Notes: a model not told the origin generated them from the letters alone. 52,760 nucleotides of DNA from Klebsormidium nitens (GCA_000708835.1 DF237550.1:1-52760), one strand, 5' to 3'. Positions 23,931 through 36,739 are shown, numbered from the stretch's first letter. Made by a program: numbers and translations.

Positions 23931-26900
23931 TCACTTACTGGACCGATCAACTCGTAACAGCACTGTCCGACCCCTCCCCTCGATACCGTCAAGGCAGTGA
24001 CCCCTGCAATTACAACACGAGCATTTAGTAGAGAAATGCGGCAGCTTCCAAGCTTTTGTGACGAGGGAGAGAGCTTGATGTACTGGCTGTCAACTGGTTT
24101 GTGTTGACCGACGGTTGCTGCTTCGCCCACTTCAAGCACAGTAGTGGTGGACATAGATAGAATACAGGTCGCCCTGAAAGAGCTGGGGTAGAGTCCGACA
24201 AGCTTAGCGTCACACTTGGCCCTCCAGTGCAATCTCCCGCGGAACAACATAAATAGGGATGTAAGCAGCCCTTTTGGTCCTTGCCTCCAGAGGAACAGCA
24301 AGCCGGAACCCCTCCTTGTTCCACAAAAGTTGAAAAATGCAAGCCATGGCTCACCGGTAGTGTGCTTCGTTGCTGGTTTCCTCCCGCTCGAGCACAAAGC
24401 CGTGCTTGCAATAGAAGTGCTGCGCCACTTCGTTCACAGCCATCGTGTGCACATATAGCGCATCCACCCCTGCAGGTCATCAAAGGCAAGCTCATCTTCT
24501 CTTCTTCAGAAGTCGAATGTTCTTGACTCTCATAAATTGATTGAGCAAGAAGCAAACTGCTACCGGACCGCTAACCAACAAAATCAGAAACTTCAAGAGG
24601 GAGTCCACCAATGAGCTTTGAGTGGGGAGTGGATGTTGCTTTCAACCTGTTGACACTTTTGGCGCGTTCGATTGCAATTGACAAAATCCTCACTGTCAGG
24701 GGCGAGATTGTACAACAGTGAAGACAGGATCACACAAGCATCCACCAAGGAAGCTACCGGAGGCTTCAAATGAGAGACGTCAACCAAGCATGTAACGGGC
24801 ATGCGAACCAGCATGTCCGAGCTCTCACCCCACTCGTGTGCCCGTCTGCGCGCTTCGTTCAGTAAGGAGCGGCCCACGCTTCTTCGACGAGCAGCCTCCG
24901 AGACGCACACGTTACTCAGGTATGCAGCGTTCAAAGTCGCACCTGCAAGGAGCCGTTCGAGAGAGTCTGCACGAGACAGCTCGAAAAGAATGACCCAATA
25001 GAGATACACAGTGTGGTCAGAATGAGAGCTACAATTTCCTAAGTAGCACGGTGGAAGAAGACCAGATCCAGAAGGCTTCAAGGCAGAAAGTACACGGCAA
25101 TGGTCGATTCTTTCATGAGTGGAAACGAACAAGCTGCAGCAGAGTCGCGCACTCATTGTGCAAAACTTACAAGGAAAGCTAGCGACAACTACTGCCTGCT
25201 CAGGTATTCCGGGTCTCTTGAAAATTGAAGCTACAGCGTAGCGGGGCTTTTAACATTCACTTTTAGAAAGTGAATTTCTGATCAGTGAATCGTGACTTAC
25301 CTATGAGCACCTGCCCTTCCACCGCCCTGGTCGCACAGACATCCAGCGACCCAACCAGCGCAAGGTCTTCACCGTCCGCTGATGTCACCCGCAGCTCCTC
25401 GGGCGCCAAGGGCACAGTCTCCCACCTACAAAAGGCCGCCTGTTGCAGAATGAGGCGCACATAGGCTTTAAGCCCACACAGTCAGCTACTTTCACCATCA
25501 GATCAGCAAGCGGCTTCAAGTTAACAGTAATTACTTGAGTTCCCTCATACTCTCTGGACATGTGGGCTCTTTGATCGTAAACGACTTTCTTCTTCCACAG
25601 AAAGAAGGAACGCTTGCAAATCTGGTGAGCCAACAACATGGTTCAGTTTGAAGTGTTAAGTAGATTAGGTAGGCCGTATAAAGTGGATGCGCTATGCGAG
25701 GAGACATCTGTTGGTAGAATCTACTGGACATCATCTAGCAGGATCTCACAGATGGCAAAGTCGTGCATGTTTGAATGATTAAGCCCAGCAGCTTTTTACA
25801 ATGCAGAACGGTGTACTCTCCTTCGGAATCAGCACGCCAATGTGGGCCTCCAAAAATAAGACAACTCTTCCAGCTTTCATACCGCCAGCGACTGCACGCT
25901 TCTCACCAGGCACGCCTCTTGCTGCTCCGGCTTGCTCCCATTCTCCCTCAACTCCAGGAGGCGCTCATATTCCTCACTAGCCTTCATCTTCTGATGGAGC
26001 TGAAAGACACAAGCGCTGACTTGTCACCATCTGGTTGATGCAGAATAGCAGGAAAGAAGCAACCAACTGATTGCTTCAGACCAGGAAGGCATGTCTTACA
26101 TATGAACAATAATCATGTCAAGCTAGATTAACTGCGAGGGCAAAGACAAGGAGGACGACACAAGGTGGCTGTCTTGCAGCAAAGCACCTTAGTTTCACCA
26201 TTCCGCAAGAGCTAAACCCTCGAACATGGACAATCAGTGTGCTCTCACCTTGCCCGCGAAGGCCCTCTCTGGCCGATATGCATAGAAGGAGAGGGCTCGA
26301 AGCAAGGCAACTGCGCGTAGCTCTGCATCACTCACTGGCTCTCTGTAGAACGACACGAAGGGCTGTCAGAAGTCGGGACCAATTACGTGTCCTGCGCTTC
26401 TGAAGGACATTTATCAGTGGAACTTCACCTTGTTCTGCGTTCCTTCCCCCTGCATTTTGCGCCAGCCCAAAGACAGGAGGGAGCTCAGAAAACAGTTGTA
26501 TCAAGCTCAAGCAAGTGCTAGTCAAATGTTTGACCTAGTCTCACCGTATCTGTATCTCCAGTTCTGCTTGTTGCAGTTGCTGCGGTCGCTCGGTAGCCTT
26601 GAATCTTTGTTGATGGAAGCCCTTCTGTGAAGATTCTGCTGACTTATCCTCACCAATTCTCATTGCAACCCCACTGTCTTCCCTAAGCGCTGCATTAGCA
26701 ATGAGTCTGCCCCTATGGCCTGCAATATTGACGTCCCTTTGTTCTACAAACCGCCTGGCACTTGACAAGCGCCCCCTTGCATGGTTTGGCCTCGTAGCTC
26801 CAAGCACCAGCAAGCTCTGCTTGCAGCAGTCCTGCAGTAGAGCTGCAACACCTGGCCGCATTCCACTGAGTCCATGTAGTTCCTTTTCAGGAGACCTTTG

Positions 26901-26960
26901 CAAATGCTGCAAGTCAATCGGGGTATGAAGACGCACAATCGAGAGGCTCTGCCCCACCAT
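23931..26960 (-). CDS. GNAT-family N-acetyltransferase, probably plastid-targeted
   Basis: Phase-consistent exons giving ...ELEIQIREPVSDAELRAVALLRALSFY, LVGSLDV, motif A AYLSNVCVSEAARRRSVGRSLLNEARRRAHEWG, motif B VDALYVHTMAVNEVAQHFYCKHGF, and last exon GHCLDGIEGRGRTVLLRVDRSSK* (stop 23931-23933). Start codon uncertain. Confidence 0.85.
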
Positions 26961-27547
26961 TGTATGATTTCAAAGTGGGCCAGATGCCGAGTGCAGCAAG
27001 CCACCAAACAAAAGCTGACGCCCCTTCCAAAGCCTGCATCAGGTCTGCGGACCTGGTGCCGACGGCTTGCGAGCTAGTATTACTTGGCGTTTGCTTGTTC
27101 TACTGCACGGCCCTGGCCCTAGGGGGGGTCATCCTGAGTTATCGACCGAGTTTCACTTCTTCTGCCGCTCTTGTGGACGGCCACAGGAACGGCATTGAGA
27201 TAGACAACTTCGGGTTCTAAAAGTGCCGTCTCTTAAACCGGCCACTAAACTACCGTACTCAGATCGAGCTTTCGAGCTTTGCAACTTGTTCAAGGATGGA
27301 CCACACCCCCCCCAACGTCGGCATTTTCAGCTTGCTTCATGTTCAGCTTGCTTTCTCGCACATTGGCCACTTTCCAAGTTCCAGTTTTGTGACAGTGAAC
27401 TTGAAGCCTGAAGCAGTGAATAGCGAAGGCAAGTTCCAGCTAGAGCCCGAGGGTTTCACGTTCAACTTCAAGGACAGGCCAGCCTTCTGGCCTCCACTAT
27501 TGCCTTTCTGTCAATTCCCTTCTTCCTCAGCTTCCTAGACGCGAAAG

Positions 27548-30500
27548 ATGGACACCTGCCACTTGCGTCCTACAATCAGGAATTTGAAAATAACAAAAGG
27601 GCAAGTCTCAGAATGGCAGCCGCCTGTTCGGCCTGCAGTATGGGCACCAGCTTGCAGCAGCTCTATGCGCTTAAAAAAGCTCGCTGCAGCTCGTTCAGAA
27701 TTTCGGAAACCCAGATCAGGAGGCTTTGTGACCAATGCTGAAAGCTTTGGACAAGCCTTCGGGAGACACCTCTTTTGCCGTGTTGTAAGAAAGAGGAGGT
27801 TTACCACTTGCTGCCAAGCAGATGACCAAAGGGAAGGAACAGACGGTGTAGATTCGAAGGAGTTGATGGACAGCTTGCGCAAAGCAAAAGAGAGGCAGCG
27901 CAATATGGCAGTGGTTTTTGAAATTGAAGGGTACGTTGATTTTCAGTGGCATATGCAATGCTGTCATGCTGGTGCCCACTTCCATTGTCAACGGTGTGCT
28001 GAATCTGTATCAGTAGAATGCATCCTGAAAGCTGATGAAGTGATAGCCGGACTTCCCAAGTGACGGGCTCTCGAACATTGGCATAGTCAGCAGGACAATG
28101 CTGACAATGGCCCTTATTTGTTTCCATCGGCAGGGTTCTGACAGACATCCACAGGCGGGCCAATCGAGAAGCATACAACCTATGTAAGCCTGATGAGAGA
28201 GCTGTCTTTCAAGATCTATGGTACCGTATTCATATGCCCGCAGTTCCCGGATCGATCTCCGAAGTTGCCTTTGAAGGCTTGTGCGGCATGCTAACAGCAT
28301 TGTGATACTGCAGCTTTCAAGGATCTCGACCTAGACTGCGCGAACTGGACGGAGCCCGTCTATAAGGATCTCTACCGGTGAGTGCACGACTCAGAAGCAA
28401 GCGACACTAGATTGCCCTTAGCCTCATGATATGACAATCTCATGAGGACCTTTGTTTCTTTCTAAATGGAAGGAACTCCTTGGTGCTCGTCTTTCACACA
28501 TACGATCGAGTAAGGCGCATGTGGCTGCTTTCCTTTGAGGCGATGCATTCTTGGTCCAATTGCAGAAGCGTTGGAGGGGACGAGGAGCGCATGCTTCAGG
28601 TCTTCTTTGATAGGGTGAGTTGTAATCCATTTTCCTGATCGCAAAGTGCTTCTAGTCCTTCCACCAAGTGAGGACTTGATTGTTCAATCCAAAGCGATTC
28701 AACCCAGTCTTGTGAAAGAGTATGGAGGAGCCCAGAGAAGGGTTAGCCGAAGGAGGGCACTCTAAATGAAAGTTCCCTTGTTGCTTTCCTACAGATTGGG
28801 TGGCCACTTGCAGTGCCCACAAGTGAAAGAAAGACGTTCACCCGGAAATGTCTGGAGATCAAGGTACGTCCTCCTCGACATCCCTGCAGTCGCATGTGCT
28901 TTTTTCTACCTCAGACTGAATCACTAAGCAAATGCTTGCTTGACTCAAACGTGCCTCAAATGCGATTAGCCGCATTTTTATGAAATTTGATGGGCAGTTG
29001 TAGACTCACAGCTCTGATGGCAGAGCCTGATTCATTGTCTTCGAGGTAGACCCGGGTACTATGCAAAGTGTTCTGCTCTGCTTTTCATACTTTTTGACGG
29101 TCTTGCTTTGGAAAAGAGGAGGTCGTCACATAAGCTCAACTGATTGGTCTGTTATGTAACCTTTGAGAGACGATTAAGGGGCTCAAGTTGATCTGTCTGG
29201 CTAGTCGATCACCAGCTCTTCCTGCGGAGCTCTGACTTCATCTCGTGTTATATGCTGACTCCGTTTTGGACTATGCAGAAAAAGCACTTAGAAAGCTTCA
29301 TCGAGGCTGGCCGGCTACCATTACGACCAGGTGTTGCAGAGTAAGCAGAACGCCACCCTGGTCCTAGAGGTCGGTAACTGATGATCTGTTTTTTCTTGTC
29401 CATTTTTCTTTCTGCACTCTGCATGACACCGAGTTTCTTGATGACTTGCTCTGTCATCGCCAATATGACGACTTCGCAGGCACCTTCGGTCCTCTGCAAG
29501 CTAACCTTCGTGGCATTCAAGCCTTGGTTGCGGCACTCACATCCGGGAGATCTGTCAGGACGTAGATTTCGAAGCAAGGCAGCAATCTAAAGGACTTGTC
29601 TTTGCAGGTTCGTCCAGGAGGCGGCGTCGGAAGGGGTCGCGCTAGTCATCCTTGGTGTGTCAAGTCGGATTGGCTACGACGCTACACGGTGCGCTTCTAT
29701 ACCTGCACGCGCTCCATGAGAATCTGATTCAATAAGTAGAATCATGCAAATATTTGCCACTGCGCCCCCCAAAAGTCGGGGTTACGAACATTCCGAGGCA
29801 GGGCGTCTCCCTTAACACTACGCTCGGGCACCTTCAAGTCGCACCCAAGATGTTGCACGGCCAATCTGCACTTCGTCAGGTGCGAACTTCACATATGTTG
29901 ACGATATGTCTTTGTCAAACCTATCGAACACACCGTCGAAAATAACATATTGGGCGCGAGGTTAAGGGGCCCGAGAGACGCGCTCTTTGCGTTGAGCTTG
30001 GACGAATTGCTGAGAGGTGTCTGTGCAGGAAGCTCGTGGAGGGGCTAGGCGACGCAGTGCGAGTCCTGTCGGACGAGGACGTGCGCGCGAGCACGTATGC
30101 TCAGGTCGCTGCCGGGGAGGGGGCACTGGCCGGCATCGATAACATGCTGGCGCGCCAGCTCGCGGAAGCAGGTCGGGAGAGTTCTGCCTCTTAACCACTG
30201 GCACGCGCAGTCGTTCTGCAGGGCCGCCTCTCTTGGTTTCAGAAGCCAGGCGCCGAAAGTGAAGACCTACGGCGTTATTCATTTGGTCATTGTGCAATTC
30301 AATCCTTCAAAGCCGAAGCCTGGCGCGATAGGAATCGTATGTTGGGGCGGATGTAGAAACCAACGTTCTGGCTCTCCCTTTCTGCAGTGAATGCCGAAAA
30401 GCAGCGCTTAGCGGAGATGGTCGCCGAGAAGCTGAAGCTGACGGTGGACCTAGATACAGGCGGGAAGTGAGTCGCAAGGGACCTCAGTTGCTCTTATCAA

Positions 30501-31466
30501 TTTGTTCTCAAGCTTCCGCTTATTTGGAGGAGAGACAACGAAACGACAGGCGGACACACCTGTGCAGGCCTCAATATCAAGCATGTCGTGAAAGAATTTT
30601 CGTACTGGGCCACCTCCATCGGATTCCTTAGTCTTATGGAGAATTTAACTCCGATCTAGTCCTGAAGCGCCCAGGCGTCTCAAAGCCTGCTCAAAATTAT
30701 TGAGACCGTATGACTGCACCATCCTTCGTGATCCGGAAAGAAGCCTCGGGCTTGCGCTTGCAAGCTCATCTGCATTCTGACAACCCGCACTTCTATTGAT
30801 GCAGGTCAGAAGAAGCTTTGTTAGCACTTCGAGCGGCGGCGGAATTAGCTGGAACGCCTGTGGGTAAGCAATTGGTCGCGCGGTGTTTGTGAGCAATATC
30901 CATTATCGAATACGCCAGTCCCGTCAGCATGCTTGCTCCTCTATCTTGTGCAGTCTATATGTTTCTTCTTATCTGAATCCACTCCTAGCACCCGATATGG
31001 ATGTATCGGAACAACTCAAATGTTTGACTGCTCGAACAAATTGTAAGAGACTGGACGACAAAAATAAACCCTGCATAATCTTGCCGTCCGCAGGCCGGTG
31101 CGTACTGCTAGCTGGGAGTCATGTGGGCGTCCAGGCAGCAGCTCGGATTAGCATGCCGTGCGTCGTGGTGAAAAGCAGGTGGGGTAGATGATCCACACTT
31201 CGGGTGTCAAGAAATTCGAACAGTGTCGGACAACTTATTGAATATCATGCCGTGCAGAAGCGTGCAACATGCTGAATCACGATCGTTTCTCCTACGCTCA
31301 CATCGGGCTTAGAGCTGTACCTCAGGATGGTTATTTTTCCCCTCCGTGCAGCTATACTGCGGGAGCCGAGTTTCCAGGCGCCTTGGCAACATATGGCGAT
31401 TACGGCATGGGCTCGGGTGTGACCCTAGCAAAGCTTCGCCGTGGTTTAGAGAAGTTCCATTCATAG
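27548..31466 (+). CDS. CbbY-like HAD-superfamily protein (plant plastid type) with transit-peptide-like N-terminus
   Basis: Exons give AVVFEIEG|VLTDIHRRANREAYNL|SFKDLDLDCANWTEPVYKDLYR, IGWPLAVPTSERKTF, LPLRPGVAE|FVQEAASEGV, RCVLLAGSHVGVQAAARISMPCVVVKS and YTAGAEFPGA...FHS*, matching the plant CbbY-like HAD subfamily. Confidence 0.87.
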
Positions 31467-32782
31467 CACCTAGCTGATTCTGCTAGTTGCTCGCTCCGTG
31501 CTGCTAAGTGTTGATACTTTGGAGTAGATCGTGAAATGAATAGCCATAGATCATGTCCTTCAGTTAGATAATGCCGAGGAGACTATATGGCAGTTGTCAA
31601 TTGCTAGCTAGATTGTGCGCTTTTCACATGGAGCTGGAGAAGCGCTTATAGAAAGTTCGTAGAGATAGAGATTTGGGACAAGGTGGGAAAGGGTCGCTAT
31701 TTCGATCCATAGGATGACTCTCTTATGGCAATGCGGTCGTTATAAAACAAAGGTAAATGTTGCACTAATTCTCGCGCATGCGCCTAGATCAGCAAAATCA
31801 AGGCTAAGTCAATCTAGAGATTGTGCATATGCGAGCATGCGACGGGAATTGCTGAATTGGTCAACTAGTCCGTGCAGAAAGAGAAGCGTGTAGGCTTGCT
31901 TGTGACGTGCCGAACGGTGCCGTGCACTGGTCTAATACTCGTGTGCACTGATTGGAAAAGCAGCATGAGCCGCCATGCAACAATCATTTCTGGCCGGCGC
32001 GCGCAAGCTACCAGTACCACATGGGTGAGTCCGTTGTACGTACTGGGTGCCAGGCAAAATCGATCGCGTGCACAACAAGCGCAGTGCCGGCGCGGGCGCT
32101 CCGTAGACCCGGCATCGCCCGCGCGACATGGTGCTGCACCAGCGCTGCTGTTGCAGATATACGGTCTGTGCGGTCCTGAGGCTATGGGCTGGCCTCAACA
32201 ACTTTCTATCCATGCAACTCGATCCTGCATCTTCCTCATGCCACGTAGATAGACCCTGTATATACTAGCTTGGCGAAATACAAAACGAGAGTCGCCAAAA
32301 ACAAGCGAGTCATTATCCAAGCGCACTTGCTAACAATGAAAATGCAGGAGCCGGGTCAAGAAGCTGAGCTTGATCATGCATAGGTACTCCACAATATTAT
32401 GGGGCTTGAGCGCCGTATGGTTGCTATCGTTTAACAAGCCTGATGAAGACAATCATCATTGCAGGACGGAGTGCGCGAAGACCTTGATGCCGCTAACAAA
32501 TCAGCTTACTAAGGTGCGTGCTAGCTTGTTGACACGCAAGTTTCATTGAATCAGAGTCAAACGTTTCAGAACCCTGCCGCTGCGACACATCTCAGATCCC
32601 GAACGACAAAAGCACATCGACAGCCAAAGGCTTTCTAGCTACAGAGGTCTCCCGTCTCGATTGTACTTTTTGATGCCTTTTCCTTTATCTGACTGGTTTC
32701 TCACTGATTCCCACCCTCTGATGCATCTTACATTTCCCGGACCGATGCATATCCTGTACACGGTGGGGAACCCATCCCTTTC

Positions 32783-35700
32783 TTACACTGACGTCACCCA
32801 TCCTTTGAACGGCTCGACGTTGCCGCGAGCGAAGAGCTCCACCAGCCCCCACTCCTCCTGCACGTGGCGCGCCCTCGCAGGCCCCATCATTCCGTACAGC
32901 CCCCTCACCGGGGCCAGTATTGCCTGGTACGCCGCTGGGATCAGGTGCTCGTACTTGGCCGGTACGAACCGTTCCAGGAACCAGTCGCTGTGCGCTGACG
33001 TCACCACACCGTCCACCACCAGCAGCCCGTTCCGAGTGTACGGGTTGAACAGACCGGTGCTGGGCGACATCACCGCTGCTGCCACGTGGCACAGAGCGAC
33101 GCCACCGGGGGCAGCGGCCCACACGCGCGCGCCCGCGCGCGCGCGCATGGCGGGCACCAGGCGGTGCTCCCCCCACTTGCCACGGCCTTCCGGGGCGACC
33201 GGAAGGAAGTGTCCGGGAGTGAGTTTGAGGGTGAGGTTGTCGCCGGGAACCCCACCCGGTGCGCCTGGGCATTGGATGTCCAAGTGTACGTAGTCTGCTG
33301 ACGTGGCGCTGTCCTGATGGCCGAACAGGTAGACTTCCTCGAAGCGCGCCGCGCCCGTCAGAGGATCCACGCTCCGAATCTTGTCGCCGAGTTGTAATGC
33401 GTCCATCCTGTCGCGAAGGAAACGAGTGAAAAATTTCTATTCAAGACGGCAATGAACTTCCCTAGTCGAATCATCGCGATTACGCCAGCTCGTCCCACGA
33501 TTTCTACAGTTTCTTCTTCAGCGGCCGTCCAAAAGTGTCTGTTTCCTCTGATCGCGTTGATCCAGCAGATAATTGTCACCCTGCTCAGCAAGCTTTTCAG
33601 GCTTCATCTTTTCCAAGACTTGGGCAGTACTTTGAGCCAGATTCTGTCATCAAGGATACCAGACCGGGTTTCCGCAATGCTTCTCATGCGTGCGTGCGCT
33701 CCTTGCATTTTGACTTCTCCGTCTGCAGAATCTCAACAATGTGTGTCAAAGACAATAAGTGGCAAAGCGGACGATATTTGGGGCAACCGCAAATACATCT
33801 CAACTTTTGGATGAGACGATCGAAACTTTCAAATGTCACCATAGACAATCCACAACGGTCTAGACTCCCGGGACAGAAGTTTCGACATTCACCCGCGAAC
33901 CCGTACTCTCGAACCGTTACATTCGGTTGCAACAATCTGGCGGCCGGCCGAGTGGATGACACTCTGCAGCCAGTCTTTGAAACGTCGAGTGCTCAAAACA
34001 TGGTTGCTTTGAACACAGAATCCATACTGCGGCCGAACAACGATAGCATCGAAGGACGACGGCTCCCCTACCTCTTGCGCGCACCTCCCTGCATTTCCAC
34101 GGTCGCGGCCGCGGGGAAACAGCCCGCATTGTTCTTCTCGACCGCGGCTTGGCAGTTGGCCCCCGCCATGATGCCCGCGCCGACGCCGACGAGCACCGCA
34201 CCGGCGCAGGCCCCGCCGAAGGTCACGACGCAAGCGGCGCCGCCGGCTGAAAGCAAGGTCTGGTGGAGGGTGTTTTGAGAGGTTTTTCGGTGATCGGACT
34301 GGCTTCGTTGGGGACGGCGGGTGTCTGAAGAGTCATGACTCCTGTTCATGATTGACATGCCCAAGTTGTGGAATCAGTCGTGCCAACCACTGAGCTGGAC
34401 GTTTCGACGCATACAGCACCCCCTGATTTTCGTAATACCGGTGCGCCCACAATCCTCTTGATTGGACTTCTTCAAGCTAAACCCCTCACCGACGGTCGCG
34501 CCCGCGAGCGCGACGGTTGACCCGACGCAGTTCGCGGTCGCCTGCCCGTCGACTTGGAGGAGCCGCCTGCCGGGCGGAGTGGCCAGGGATCCGAAGGGCG
34601 GCAGCTTCAGGCTGGCGTTCAGCGTCCCTATCGCGGTGCGGGCGTCCGCCACCGCGGAGGGGGGGTACTCCACGTACATGTAGCACCCGGGGTCATTCGC
34701 CTGGGCGGCACCCGCCGGTTTCACGCGAACGACCGGGTTGCCGAGCTTCCTGCAACGTAGGCTGGCACCAAATTGAAACCAGCAGATATTTGAAGGATGT
34801 GCTTTGTGTATGAGCATTGGCGAACGGAGCCCACTTAGAAAGGAGCGACTTATGTCACGCCGCCGTGGCTTCGAAGCGCGCAGGACTCCTGTGCGGAATG
34901 GTCTTGAGTGGGGCTCAGCGGGAGATGATGGGATCTGATGGGCTTTCATCTGACATTTCTGTGATCATCGCACTCATGCACCATTGGAAGAGGAAGATAG
35001 ACGCGGTCGAGGGAAAGGGAATCGGATGACACCCGTGGGGGAACACAATGAAAGTTCCCCAACCATCACGCCGGCAGAACTTGAATTTGTTGAACAAATT
35101 ATCTGACAGGACTTGAAAGGGGATGAGCTCACAAGATTCAAAAGTGCGCACGCAACGCGTACGAAGACACGAGTGCTGGGAGCTTTCTCTTCCGCTTCCA
35201 GCTCTGCAGTCGCAATAGTGATGTAACAGTTGGTCGACAATCTTACTGATACTGGACGGCGGTGTTCGGGGTGAGGCCTGGGATGAGAGGGGTGAGCGTG
35301 TCGGCGGCTGGGATCGGGATCGAGAACTGCGACACTGGAGCGTCTTGTACTTCGAGAACTGCCCAGGACGAGGACATGTCGCTGCCCTGAGGGGCTTGCC
35401 AGTCGACCGCCTTAGTCTGCAAACAGGAGCAGAAGTTCCTGTCAAGTCTACAGTGGCAAATTAAGACCAATGCATTGCTCCTCGGCTGGCGGCATAGATG
35501 TCTACGGCTTCGGGTCATTTTCGTAACCGCAGCTTTCGAAGTATCTACAGGGCTTTTGTAAGTCTGTGATGATAGAATGAGCGCAGAACATTTTTAAAAG
35601 CGATGCCCCTGGGTCGGCGGACTCAAAAGCAATCAACACCAGACTCAAATGACAGGGTGTTTTTGATGAGGCCCATCATATACCTTGATTACGCCGGTGC

Positions 35701-36739
35701 AGGTCGGGTAGTCGAAGCAGAGGTCCGGGGTAGAGGCGTTGTACTCGGCAAGGATCCCCTGGCCATACGTGGGCAGTTCATTTTCGAGCCGATTGAACGC
35801 TTGGAGAGCGTCCGGACACGTCAGCTCGGCGAGGACCGCCTGTAGGAACGAAGCGGTGAGCTCATCGGATGAGAATGATGGCAACATGGTGCTTTTGCTG
35901 GAAGGACATGTCACGCTTCTTACGAATCATGGGAGGAGAGCCCAGCTGAGTGAGGGTTTGCAGCTTGAAACATTGCAGAATATGCATGCGTTTTCCAGAG
36001 AAATGCATCCGTTGATTATGTCTAGACTGTCGTATATCCTTAGCGGAGCGGTCCTGTCTTGGAAGGCTGCTGGATAGAATCAACCTTGGCCCAAGAAGGT
36101 AGTAATCAACCTGAAAGAGCCAGATGGATTGACGATCGTTCGAAGCTTGTGAAAGCGTTTCTGGCACAGCGGGGAGGAGATGCAAGTCTGGCTGAATGCG
36201 CTGCATTCGGACCCACCTGTACGTCAAATAAGTCCCCGCCTTGGCTCGCCCTCTTCTTGCGCTCCAGCAGGTCCAGGCTGTTTGATGTGGCACCCCGCTT
36301 GATGGGTACCACGTTGTGGCTCTGGCAGGCCGCACCCGCCGCAGCCTGCTGCAGCCTCCGAGAGGCAGCTGTACGGAAACGGACACGCCTCATGAAAGAG
36401 GGATACTTGAGAGAGACTCACAGGACTCAAGGATCCCTCAAGCTTCGGGCCAATACTCATTGCAAAGAGGAGCTCATCGACCCCCCCTTTACGTGGCGGC
36501 AGGATTGGCCGAATAGCTCCATGTTAAACTTCTCAAAACTTTCTCAAAATCTTCCCTACAATGAGTAGTATGCTGGATGATTTCAGACATGCACGTCGTA
36601 AAGATGGCATCAGCCTGAGAAACAAAATTTTACCAGATGCCGCTGCCTCCTTGCCAGCTCCCAGCAGCGCCACCAAATACAGTAACACCAGAAGGCATGG
36701 CCGTCGAGATCTCGTCATGCCTTCCGTATTGTCCAGCAT
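32783..36739 (-). CDS. Secreted Hedgehog-type (Hog) Hint autoprocessing precursor, ~540 aa
   Basis: Seven phase-consistent exons: 36718(or 36739)-36634, 36368-36217, 35839-35693, 35416-35247, 34749-34490, 34246-34072, 33407-32783. Signal peptide PCLLVLLYLVALLGAG; Hint start G|CFPAAATV (Cys codon 34119-34121); MDALQLGDKIRSV; block B LKLTPGHFL; block F GLFNPYTRNGLLVVDGVVTSAH; then a helical tail resembling the Hog adduct-recognition region. Confidence 0.9.

Noticed and set aside
31970-32270. Possible two-exon mini-ORF (MQQSFLAGARKLPVPHG|YTVCAVLRLWAG...) with good splice signals
   Set aside because: About 50 aa, no recognisable family and no independent support.
33407-34121. Hint domain as a mobile intein
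   Set aside because: It lacks the terminal His-Asn and a homing endonuclease, has a Hog-like tail, and is interrupted by a spliceosomal intron.
34200-34240. GAACVV resemblance to subtilosin A (GAACLV)
   Set aside because: Too short to be meaningful; Cys spacing differs and there is no radical-SAM partner in the window.
32661-34278. Long antisense or alternative-frame ORFs (210, 195 and 247 aa) over the Hint gene
   Set aside because: Explained as shadows of GC-rich coding exons and intron sequence; no motifs.
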